Source: a virus. From it: a stretch of DNA of 25,240 nt. Below, piece by piece: positions 9,054 through 17,052 of this stretch. The number at the start of each line of letters is the position of its first letter. The stretch's first letter is position 1. Under the pieces are notes generated by a model. It saw only the letters and a program-made list of their open reading frames with translations. It made no database searches and was not told the origin of the DNA. Position numbers and translations under genes: made by a program. The DNA lies in the IMG/VR virus record IMGVR_UViG_3300019487_000022, positions 1 to 25,240 of that record. One strand, given 5' to 3'.

Positions 9054-9875
9054 CTATTTTGGTTTGTAAGATAAAGAGGTAAGTTCTGAATATATCTGAT
9101 TAGGAGTGGGTTTCTTACCATTTTTCTCTTTATTTTTCTGAATTAACAGAGATGCTAATCCTGCAATCATTGCCGTGGTTAAACTGCTTCCATTGGCTTT
9201 TGTGTATTTATTATGCAAATAAGTGGTAAAAACTGAACCCATTGGAATGGCAATTTGTAATCCCGTAGAACCAGAAACAAATTTGTTAGACTTAGTTTCT
9301 TTTAATCTTGCTACGGATAAAACTTCAGGATAAGACGACGGATATTCAATTACAGATGTTTTTTCCCCAGCAGCAGCAAATACGCATATGTTTTGCTCAT
9401 ATGCTTTCTTAATAGTATCATGCAATACACTATAGTTAGTAGGAGACCCTAAAGAAATAACAATAATATCTACTTGTTTAACAACTGCCCACAATACCCC
9501 AGCCACTAAAGAATTAAATGAAGAATCACCGTTACTATCTATTACCTTGATGAAATATAGATCTGATTCGGTAGATATACCCGTTATTGATTTAGGATTA
9601 TTTGCAGACAAAACTCCAGCTATCATGGTAGAATGACCATTATGATCTATTTTATCTCTTTCAGTTTCGGACATATCTACAGATTCAACAACATTTTTTA
9701 TGTCTTTATGATCAGGAGTGCCGGAATCAATAATTGCTATCTTTACTCCTTTACCTGTTAAATGTTGTCCTAATCCATAATCTACTCCCCTAAACACACA
9801 AGGGTTTGGAATAGAGTCATAAATCTGTTTTGGCTGTCTTTTTGATTGACTAATATGATAACTTATTTTTGACAT
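9054..9875 (-). CDS. Subtilisin-like S8 serine peptidase, atypical
   Basis: GKGVKIAIIDSG (Asp), DHNGHSTMIAG (His), NGSSLTTAMIAG (Ser). The oxyanion motif reads AAAGE instead of AAGN. Start placed at ATG 9875, just after the upstream TAG. Confidence 0.85.
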   Translation of the reverse strand: MSKISYHISQSKRQPKQIYDSIPNPCVFRGVDYGLGQHLTGKGVKIAIIDSGTPDHKDIKNVVESVDMSETERDKIDHNGHSTMIAGVLSANNPKSITGISTESDLYFIKVIDSNGDSSFNSLVAGVLWAVVKQVDIIVISLGSPTNYSVLHDTIKKAYEQNICVFAAAGEKTSVIEYPSSYPEVLSVARLKETKSNKFVSGSTGLQIAIPMGSVFTTYLHNKYTKANGSSLTTAMIAGLASLLIQKNKEKNGKKPTPNQIYSELTSLSYKPK

Positions 9876-9876
9876 G

Positions 9877-10599
9877 CTATAAAATAAATTGAGAAGGTAT
9901 ACGGTACGATGTTCCAGACCCAAACATTTCCAAACGTATATTTAAATCAAATGTTTGTAAAAAATGAACTTTTTTTCTTAAAAACAAAGATAAATGAGCT
10001 ACTAATAAATCATCCGTGACAATATGTTTACACTTATTTATCTCATCCAACCGTTTAAAAATATTCTTCTTAAAAGGTATTAATCTAACCTTTATTTCAT
10101 TTAGATCTAAATTATCATTTATATAATGCTTTAGTTTACTATGGTTTATACACAATGCCACCCTGTTTTTATGAGCTTTAGTTTTAGGATAGTACTTTAT
10201 ACCATAGCCTTCTCCATTCCATATTAAACCAGCAAGTTTATAATAAACTTGAAAAATATTCATATCTGTTTTTCTTTTACCCTGTAAAATATCTGCGAAG
10301 TAACCTTTCTTTTCAAAATTAACTCCACTATTTTTCAATGATTTTACCGGAATATTATCTTGTCTAACATTAAAAGAATAATTAATTATCCAATCATATG
10401 TGATATTATTATTTTTCTCTAACTCTCCTAATGTTATGCATCTTACATTCTTTGTATATCTAAATAGAGATTGCACATCAGCATCTTTTACCAGCCATGT
10501 GATAGATGATTCAGGATGTAACTTTTTGATACGATTGTTTATTGAACTACTTATAAAACAATCTAGTAGACTATTTAAGTTTACAACCATTGTATTCAT
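9877..10599 (-). CDS. Degenerate GT9-like GT-B protein
   Basis: N-terminal VVNLNSLLDC...IKKLHPESSITWLV and C-terminal INKCKHIVTDDLLVAHLSLFLRKKV follow the GT9 layout with altered motifs. ATGA overlap with the upstream gene. Confidence 0.6.
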   Translation of the reverse strand: MNTMVVNLNSLLDCFISSSINNRIKKLHPESSITWLVKDADVQSLFRYTKNVRCITLGELEKNNNITYDWIINYSFNVRQDNIPVKSLKNSGVNFEKKGYFADILQGKRKTDMNIFQVYYKLAGLIWNGEGYGIKYYPKTKAHKNRVALCINHSKLKHYINDNLDLNEIKVRLIPFKKNIFKRLDEINKCKHIVTDDLLVAHLSLFLRKKVHFLQTFDLNIRLEMFGSGTSYRIPSQFIL

Positions 10600-11273
10600 A
10601 ACTCAGCTCGCCCTGTTCTTAAAGCTTCTGCTAATTCTTCGTCTGACATCTCATTTCCACCGCCTTGTTCACGTTCAATTGCTTTTATATCTTCACCAGT
10701 AAACTGTAAATTAACTAAACCATCATCTCCATCAAACATCTTTTCTGCCAATGCAATTGAGCTACCAACGGCTCCATCTTTAATAGTTATATCATCAAGT
10801 TGGGCATCCTTAGCAGATTGTCTTTTACTCATATATTCAGCCTTAGCTTTAGATTCTTTTTTAACTGATTTCTGCATTGTTCTATAATTAATGATACGTA
10901 AAACTTTATCTTTTAATAGTTTTCTAGCTGCAACAGAGTTTTTAAGATTTTCATGTAATTCTTCATCTATTAGCTTAACATCAGCTGGTCCCTCAAATGT
11001 AAGACCTATATCCTGTATAATTACAGAACCTTTCTTAGTACATTGTAAAAAGTACGGCTGATCTGAATCATCTTCTTGATCTATTTCTTTTATAAGCCCC
11101 TGTATAGTTTTAATAAAATCTGTTAAACTAACATCTATGATTTCCGTAATATACATTACTCTACGACTTTTGATATTAGCAACAAGTTCTTCTAATTCAT
11201 CAAATTCATATATTTTTACGCCTTTATCTGAAAAATCTTTTATAACTCTATTTTCTACGTCTACAAATAGCAT
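10596..11273 (-). CDS. Hypothetical protein
   Basis: ATG 11273 overlaps the GT4 stop (TAATG), and its own stop overlaps the next ATG, suggesting translational coupling. Confidence 0.75.
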   Translation of the reverse strand: MLFVDVENRVIKDFSDKGVKIYEFDELEELVANIKSRRVMYITEIIDVSLTDFIKTIQGLIKEIDQEDDSDQPYFLQCTKKGSVIIQDIGLTFEGPADVKLIDEELHENLKNSVAARKLLKDKVLRIINYRTMQKSVKKESKAKAEYMSKRQSAKDAQLDDITIKDGAVGSSIALAEKMFDGDDGLVNLQFTGEDIKAIEREQGGGNEMSDEELAEALRTGRAEL

Positions 11274-12676
11274 TATACACTCCAAATCTGTTTTAATCTC
11301 TCTAATATTGAATCGACTACGGTATCTATAGAATATTCTTTTTTAACCAAGTTTTGTAATTTTTTGTTTTTTTCTTTAGCCTTATTAGGATTTTCATAAA
11401 CATATCTCATTAATTGAGAAGCACCTTCTATTGTTTTATAAGAAGTTAATACAGGAAATACTTGTTCATCCCAATAATGCACATGCATAAGTCCAGACTG
11501 AACAGGAGCAAAAGAATCTGGATCTAAAAGATAAGAATTATCGTGATTCAAAAACATAGCTTGTCCACTGCAATTTGTGGAAATAACAGGTAAACCACAT
11601 AAAGAAGATTCACATAATGGCATTCCAAAACCCTCCCCGCGTGTAAATAATACAAACGCATTACACGATCTGTATAAGCTAGGCATTTTATTCTCAGGAA
11701 TAACTTTACTACATCTGACAATATGAGGTACATTTTTACCACCATATTGTTGACAATATGAATCTATTGTTGTGCGAATAATATCATTTTTCTCTGATGT
11801 ATTGTGATATCTAGAAACTAATAAAAGAGATACGTTATCTTTATCTGTAAATGCTTTTAAATAAGATTTTAATAATACATCAAAACCTTTTCTATAACTC
11901 CATCCAAAAACGCTTACAAAAACAAAGTCTTTTAGTTCTGGACGAAATTCATATTTATCCCCTTTAGAAGTATAAGAATCTACATCAACCGTGCATGGAA
12001 AGACATATATTGGTCGTTTTAATCCTGATTTTATAAGAATATCTTTTGAAAAATCTGAAGTTACCCATATTTCCTTATAATTGTTAGCTACTTCTAAAAA
12101 TTGCTTAGGAATTGAATAGGATTCAACTGTTGTATACAGTATAGAATTTCTACCACTACTGCAATTTCCAAATGAAGGTATCATACTATCGATTCTGATT
12201 GTGTTTTTATTAGGTTTTCCTCTTAAAGAAGACATTGTATACATTTCTTCATCTGTGAGATGATTTTTATTACCCACAGATTCTATTATGACTTTTACAC
12301 CTCTTTTTTGAAGAGCAAGGGCAAGATTACGATTTACTTTAGCATAACCACCAGCTTCAAAAAAGTGACCTTTAATCAAGACCTCTAGTTCTTTTGATTC
12401 TTGATTTTCTAGACTTATATTCTCTTCTTTATTGGGAGATAATATTTTTTGTTTTAATACAGCCATTTTTTCTTTCAATCTGTAAAGGTTGTTTTCAATA
12501 CGAGTATCTTCAATACTCTTAATTTCAAAAGTTTCAGCTAAAACCATAGCCTGAAAACCTTTAGATCTTAAAATTTCATCTTCTTTTATTTCTTGCTCAA
12601 TATCGTTTAAATACGGGATATGTTTATTAATATCTGCAAGATATATAGTATTTTTACTTTTATTTATAAATTTCAT
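11273..12676 (-). CDS. GT4 (GT-B) glycosyltransferase with N-terminal extension
   Basis: GGYAKVNRNLA, RKGFDVLLKSY and the EX7E motif GEGFGMPLCES, then GLPVIST. AGGA RBS. Confidence 0.92.
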   Translation of the reverse strand: MKFINKSKNTIYLADINKHIPYLNDIEQEIKEDEILRSKGFQAMVLAETFEIKSIEDTRIENNLYRLKEKMAVLKQKILSPNKEENISLENQESKELEVLIKGHFFEAGGYAKVNRNLALALQKRGVKVIIESVGNKNHLTDEEMYTMSSLRGKPNKNTIRIDSMIPSFGNCSSGRNSILYTTVESYSIPKQFLEVANNYKEIWVTSDFSKDILIKSGLKRPIYVFPCTVDVDSYTSKGDKYEFRPELKDFVFVSVFGWSYRKGFDVLLKSYLKAFTDKDNVSLLLVSRYHNTSEKNDIIRTTIDSYCQQYGGKNVPHIVRCSKVIPENKMPSLYRSCNAFVLFTRGEGFGMPLCESSLCGLPVISTNCSGQAMFLNHDNSYLLDPDSFAPVQSGLMHVHYWDEQVFPVLTSYKTIEGASQLMRYVYENPNKAKEKNKKLQNLVKKEYSIDTVVDSILERLKQIWSV

Positions 12677-12691
12677 TATATCCTGCTATTT

Positions 12692-12718
12692 TATCGTATA
12701 AATAAAAGAACACACTTA
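12692..12718 (-). promoter_or_regulatory. Putative alternative-sigma promoter
   Basis: TAAGTG-N15-ACGATA, 15 nt upstream of the GT4 ATG; overlaps the terminator arm. Confidence 0.5.
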
Positions 12719-12740
12719 CAAAAATTGCAAGTGTGTTCTT
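12700..12740 (-). terminator. Intrinsic terminator
   Basis: Minus strand AAGAACACACTTGCAA-TTT-TTGTAAGTGTGTTCTT (16-bp stem, one G-U pair) followed by TTATTT. Confidence 0.75.
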
Positions 12741-12774
12741 AAAATTGACTTATGAAGATATAAGGTTGTCTAAC

Positions 12775-12891
12775 TTACTCTTCGGTATCTTTCTTTGAAA
12801 ATTTCTCTTTTAACTTTAAAAATAAGTCCTTCAATGGTTTAGAAAAAACTACACCAAGCACAAGACAAACTACGCCAACTAAAATTGTCAT
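12775..12891 (-). CDS. 38-aa single-pass membrane microprotein
   Basis: Not in the ORF track. MTILVGVVCLVLGVVFSKPLKDLFLKLKEKFSKKDTEE with an AAGGGA RBS; fills the gap before the terminator. Confidence 0.7.
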   Translation of the reverse strand: MTILVGVVCLVLGVVFSKPLKDLFLKLKEKFSKKDTEE

Positions 12892-12903
12892 TTTTATCCC
12901 TTT

Positions 12904-13317
12904 CTATTGTTTAGATGCTTTTAGAAGCATTGATGACAGTGTTACTTTATCATTATTTATATTACTGTTTTCAGGTGATATTTCCTTTATAGTTACTAAG
13001 TCTAAACCCTTTGTAGGTATATAATATGTTGTGTGACCTGAAGATGCAACAGGTTGAAAAGCAAAATCACTTATATTGTCTATTGATTCATCTCCTAATA
13101 AATCTAAAGTATTTACTTTGGGTTTTGCAATTTTTAAAGGTTGTTTGTTTTTAGGATTATTAGAATTAGCTAATTGTTTACAATGGTATCCCTTAAAATA
13201 TCCTTTTCTATATTCTGAATCAAAACAAAAATAAGAATATACAATTATGGATATTACAGAAGATATGAATAATAAATGTAAAAACATCTTAACCATATAA
13301 AAGTGTTCATCACTCAT
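12904..13317 (-). CDS. Hypothetical membrane-anchored protein
   Basis: N-terminal hydrophobic helix; operon-like overlap with the upstream gene. Confidence 0.65.
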   Translation of the reverse strand: MSDEHFYMVKMFLHLLFISSVISIIVYSYFCFDSEYRKGYFKGYHCKQLANSNNPKNKQPLKIAKPKVNTLDLLGDESIDNISDFAFQPVASSGHTTYYIPTKGLDLVTIKEISPENSNINNDKVTLSSMLLKASKQ

Positions 13318-13714
13318 ATTTACCTAAACTTTGCTTAAAAAACACCGTCCAAAGCTTTTGATGCTTTTTCTCACTAAAATAATCTGACTTAATAGTTGAC
13401 AATAAGTCTGATTTCAAATATTTGGAGGCTACATCCTCGTATGTTTTATATTTTTCATCTGTTGGAGGTAACGGTAAAGGCGGGCATATATCTAAAACAA
13501 CTGCATCAAAAGTAATTATAGATCCATTATCTATTTGTATACGAGCATTAAATATATCATTTCGTTCTATATTAGGTTCTGTTTCAAAACTAAAATATAG
13601 AAGTTCTTGCATTGAAGAAAGAAAAGCTGATTGCATATTATGAATAATACGCATATTTTCTTGAGACATATTTAAAGTAAAATCTTTTTTAGCCATTGAA
13701 GTTTGTTGAAACAT
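13310..13714 (-). CDS. Hypothetical protein
   Basis: 134-aa ORF in a tight cluster; alternative start at ATG 13696. Confidence 0.65.
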   Translation of the reverse strand: MFQQTSMAKKDFTLNMSQENMRIIHNMQSAFLSSMQELLYFSFETEPNIERNDIFNARIQIDNGSIITFDAVVLDICPPLPLPPTDEKYKTYEDVASKYLKSDLLSTIKSDYFSEKKHQKLWTVFFKQSLGKYE

Positions 13715-14120
13715 GTTTTTTAATTTCAGTAAGACGTATAGTATAGTGTATTAAATTTTTACCTTTTAAAATCATAAATCCTAAACGTAATGTACAAGGA
13801 TCATCTAAAGGTACAATATATCCATTCTTTTTACGACACGAATCGAATAGATTTTTAAATTTTTTAAAATCACAATCTGTTCTTTTTATATCTTTTGATT
13901 TATGTATAAGACCAGGCGTGTGATAATATTTATCAAGATATTGATAAACTCTTTGAACTAAAGGTTTAAATATTAAATTAACGTCTACATCATCTTTCTT
14001 TATTTTACCACATTTATATCTTAAGTAATCTTTACAGGAATATTGAGTTATAGAATTAAATATATAAAGTAACAGTAACGTATCAACAGGATTATATTTA
14101 TAAGCTGATTTATTTGCCAT
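13689..14120 (-). CDS. Hypothetical basic protein
   Basis: AGGAG RBS and the promoter motif upstream. Confidence 0.7.
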   Translation of the reverse strand: MANKSAYKYNPVDTLLLLYIFNSITQYSCKDYLRYKCGKIKKDDVDVNLIFKPLVQRVYQYLDKYYHTPGLIHKSKDIKRTDCDFKKFKNLFDSCRKKNGYIVPLDDPCTLRLGFMILKGKNLIHYTIRLTEIKKHVSTNFNG

Positions 14121-14146
14121 AACTTATCTGACTCCTATACCAGTGT

Positions 14147-14172
14147 TATCGTCTTTAAACATAAAGAACTTA
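14147..14172 (-). promoter_or_regulatory. Putative alternative-sigma promoter
   Basis: TAAGTT-N14-ACGATA upstream of the RBS of 13689..14120. Confidence 0.45.
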
Positions 14173-14227
14173 TAATTTTCTTCGCTTCGCTCGAAAATTA
14201 TGTCATACGTCGTAAACTCCGTATGAC
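14172..14227. other. Two abutting perfect inverted repeats
   Basis: ATAATTTTC/GAAAATTAT (loop TTCGCTTCGCTC) directly followed by GTCATACG/CGTATGAC (loop TCGTAAACTC). Confidence 0.75.
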
Positions 14228-14432
14228 TAATCCACATACATTTGTAATTTTGATTTTGAAATAAAAATGACAGTTAATAACTTTTCTTGATATGAGTTTT
14301 TGTTATTTACTTTATATAATTAACAGTTGTTAATCTTGAGATCATTGAAGCGCAGTTACGGTTATTTATTTTTTTAATGTGTGACGAGAAAATATTGAGA
14401 ATCAAACAGTCGTCAATCTACTTGTCACGAAT

Positions 14433-14572
14433 AATGGACTGAACGTACATCCCCTTTGCTCTTAAAGCTGCCATACCTGGAATAAACCGTTCTTTACCAG
14501 GCTAGGTAATTGGCTGCGTTCTGCCAATCTCTAGATGCTGCTGGGGCATTTTAATGCCCAAAGTAATCCATT
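14433..14572 (-). ncRNA. Candidate structured non-coding RNA
   Basis: GC-elevated non-coding stretch with closing stem AATGGA/TCCATT, internal hairpins GGGCATT/AATGCCC, ATTGGC/GCCAAT and CCTGG/CCAGG, and a possible GAACG/CGTTC pseudoknot. Confidence 0.45.
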
Positions 14573-14642
14573 GTCCGCTATGATTCTTATGTCAACTAAA
14601 CCTTATAACAGAACTTTTGTCACATTTAGATAAAAAGCGCAT

Positions 14643-14915
14643 CTAAAATAACGTTAGTTGTGCTTGTTGACTTTGAAAGTCTTGTTTTTCTTTTTCTTCA
14701 TTTATACACTGTATCGTCCGCAAGAGCTGTTTTGCTTTACCCCATGCCTTAGCTCTTATTAACGCATTAAGACGTGCAACAACGGTAGGATAATAACCAG
14801 GGCACCTATAACGAACGTTATCTATTAAAACTGTCATACCCTCTGGGTTGTATCTTAAAAGAATAACCTCTGGATATCCTGCTTCAATTATAAAACTTCT
14901 TTTAAACCAGTTCAT
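14643..14915 (-). CDS. Hypothetical protein (MNWFK N-terminus)
   Basis: 90-aa ORF starting 3 nt after the upstream stop. Confidence 0.7.
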   Translation of the reverse strand: MNWFKRSFIIEAGYPEVILLRYNPEGMTVLIDNVRYRCPGYYPTVVARLNALIRAKAWGKAKQLLRTIQCINEEKEKQDFQSQQAQLTLF

Positions 14916-14918
14916 ATG

Positions 14919-15119
14919 TTACTTCTTTTTATAATAATCAGGATCTGTTGTTAAACGATCAATTGCAATTTCTTTTGCAATAGAACGGCTAAAAGTGTTT
15001 TTCATTTCTTCTTGTATACCTAAAGCGACTTGTTCTGGATCTAAATTTGTATCTTTTTTAGAAGCCAAGATATATTTCTTTAAATGACGAGAAAAATTAT
15101 TTGATTCTATCTTTTTCAT
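14919..15119 (-). CDS. DUF5661-like small phage protein, His residues absent
   Basis: DPEQVALGIQEEMKNT...IAKEIAIDRLTTDPDYY follows the recalled GxxxEMEHT...AxEIAxDHLxExPDYY pattern. Confidence 0.65.
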   Translation of the reverse strand: MKKIESNNFSRHLKKYILASKKDTNLDPEQVALGIQEEMKNTFSRSIAKEIAIDRLTTDPDYYKKK

Positions 15120-15128
15120 AAAATAAAT

Positions 15129-15683
15129 TTACGGTGGACTACCCGCATCCAGTTGTTTTGTAAAAGGTTCAAATAAGGAAAAAATATCACTACTTGCAAA
15201 TATTACAGCAAGTGCAATAATACAAGAAAATATAAATACAAATGTATATTCCTTGTAACTATCAATACCTATCTTTTTAAGATAATGTAAACGAGAAATA
15301 CCTAAGAAAATACAGAATAATATAATTAAAGAATGAACGCTAAGTTTACTGTAATAGCTTCCGCCCATTGTGAGCCAAAATACAAATTCATCGAACAATA
15401 AAGTTATACCTACTCCATAACAAAAACTAACAATTTTTAGAGATTTCTCTTTTATCTTGAAAAATAATAAAAAAGTACATAATGCTACTAATATAAATAT
15501 ACCATAAACGTAATGATGAATATGATATCCGTTTACATGTAAGAATAAAAATGACGGCAACCAACCAGACATAATCGCCATGACAATAATTCTGGATAAT
15601 ACGAATAGCGATAGCATAGCATAACATATTTGTTGTGCTATCGTACCTGATCTTTTAGCCCATCTGATTGCGGATTCGTTCAT
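15129..15683 (-). CDS. Multi-pass membrane protein with HIHH motif
   Basis: About five hydrophobic segments; motifs GYHIHHYVYG and YGVGITLLFDEF. Confidence 0.75.
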   Translation of the reverse strand: MNESAIRWAKRSGTIAQQICYAMLSLFVLSRIIVMAIMSGWLPSFLFLHVNGYHIHHYVYGIFILVALCTFLLFFKIKEKSLKIVSFCYGVGITLLFDEFVFWLTMGGSYYSKLSVHSLIILFCIFLGISRLHYLKKIGIDSYKEYTFVFIFSCIIALAVIFASSDIFSLFEPFTKQLDAGSPP

Positions 15684-16017
15684 TCATTTTCTCTCTTACT
15701 AAATTCCAAGAATCTGATTCTTTATCAGAATGCCGAATTTTACTTTGTATCATGTCCCACCTATCCATCTCAAGAGAATGATCATAATGTTTAAAATTAT
15801 CATGTGCTATAGTTTTATTATCTAACTGATTATCTGATAATTTTGTTGGAATTTCGATGTGTTCAGATATACGAACATCATTATTCAAAATAACTGTAAC
15901 TTCTTGTTCTTCTTGATTTTGCATTTCTTCATATTCTTCTGTTTGTTCAAAAGAACATGGATCTATTCCAGTTTGCCTGAGAAATGCTTCCAACATGGTT
16001 TCTTTATTAAAAGACAT
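15655..16017 (-). CDS. Hypothetical acidic protein
   Basis: 120-aa ORF with the promoter motif directly upstream. Confidence 0.7.
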   Translation of the reverse strand: MSFNKETMLEAFLRQTGIDPCSFEQTEEYEEMQNQEEQEVTVILNNDVRISEHIEIPTKLSDNQLDNKTIAHDNFKHYDHSLEMDRWDMIQSKIRHSDKESDSWNLVREKMNERIRNQMG

Positions 16018-16026
16018 GTTGTATGA

Positions 16027-16054
16027 TTTCGATATTTATATATTAGTTTCCTTG
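16027..16054 (-). promoter_or_regulatory. Putative alternative-sigma promoter
   Basis: CAAGGA-N16-TCGAAA ending 9 nt before ATG 16017. Confidence 0.5.
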
Positions 16055-16621
16055 AGCCAATCTTTTAGCTAACAAAATATCCTTAATGACGTTATCATTA
16101 TTTTCTTTAGTATTTTGACGGAGTATAAAGGCAGGATGAAGAGTAGGAATGAATGCTTTATTTTTATAGGATTTCTGGCTTCCCCGTTCTCTAATAATAC
16201 TAATCTTAAAATCATTTGTTAATGCTTTGAGAGCGGTAGAGCCTAATGTAATAAGAACTTTGGGTTTAATAATCCAAATTTGATAATCTAAATATGATAG
16301 ACAGGACTTAATTTCTATTTCTTCTGGTATTCGATTATTTGGTGGACGGCATTTTATAATATTTGCAATATAAACGCTTTTTCTTTCTATTTTACAAGAT
16401 TCTAACCATTGATTTAATAATTGCCCAGCTTTACCAACAAATGGTTTGCCTTGTTCGTCTTCATCTTTTCCAGGGGCTTCCCTGATAAACATTATATCAC
16501 AATCTATATTCCCGGCTCCAAATACTGTTCTAGTCCTACCTTCGCATAACTTGCAGTCTTTGCATTTGGATACCTTATCTTCGCAGATGCTTAGGTAAAA
16601 TTCTTTTTCTTGAGTTAGCAT
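16043..16621 (-). CDS. udg: Family-4 uracil-DNA glycosylase (4Fe-4S)
   Basis: CxxC, (R)EAPG, GKPFVGKAG, NIIKCRPPNNR, HPAFILR. Confidence 0.92.
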   Translation of the reverse strand: MLTQEKEFYLSICEDKVSKCKDCKLCEGRTRTVFGAGNIDCDIMFIREAPGKDEDEQGKPFVGKAGQLLNQWLESCKIERKSVYIANIIKCRPPNNRIPEEIEIKSCLSYLDYQIWIIKPKVLITLGSTALKALTNDFKISIIRERGSQKSYKNKAFIPTLHPAFILRQNTKENNDNVIKDILLAKRLAQGN

Positions 16622-16633
16622 AACATTAAAAAT

Positions 16634-16948
16634 TTATTCACAGTAACCACAAAAATGTTTACCTATATCTCGACGAGTTTTACCATATTTACGATAATCA
16701 TCTTCTGAAACATGTATGCCTTCTGTCCAGGAATCAAAAATATCACCACACTGTGAACAACGTTCAAAATTATCAGGTATTATTCGTGTTATTTCTTGTA
16801 AAAACCAAATCACATCCCAAGCAAGTGTCGGAGATAATTTTGGCTTATACTTCATAGAAACTTCTTTTGGCAATTCACCTTGTAGAAATCTGTGAAGTTT
16901 ATTTATTTTACTCAACCATTTTTCTGATTTATTATCTTCTTGGTCCAT
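16634..16948 (-). CDS. Hypothetical protein with C-terminal zinc ribbon
   Basis: CSQC...CGYC; GAGG RBS. Confidence 0.75.
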   Translation of the reverse strand: MDQEDNKSEKWLSKINKLHRFLQGELPKEVSMKYKPKLSPTLAWDVIWFLQEITRIIPDNFERCSQCGDIFDSWTEGIHVSEDDYRKYGKTRRDIGKHFCGYCE

Positions 16949-17020
16949 AAAAACCTCAAAATTATTTCAATAAATATTGTAACTATCTTATGAAACACAA
17001 ATATTATTTATTTTTTCATT

Positions 17021-17047
17021 AAAGGAAATGTGTATAGTCTTTCGATA
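17021..17047 (+). promoter_or_regulatory. Putative alternative-sigma promoter for the plus-strand cassette
   Basis: AAAGGA-N15-TCGATA, oriented with the only plus-strand genes. Confidence 0.55.
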
Positions 17048-17052
17048 TGTAG

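Noticed and set aside
493-13643. Short plus-strand ORFs (493, 1849, 5895, 6613, 6830, 8465, 10400, 11137, 13422) and nested minus-strand ORF 11548
   Set aside because: Antisense or nested shadows of well-supported genes; no motifs or RBS.
14570-14595. Sigma-70 promoter at minus-strand TTGACA
   Set aside because: No good -10 box at 16-18 nt spacing (GACAAT is only 14 nt away).
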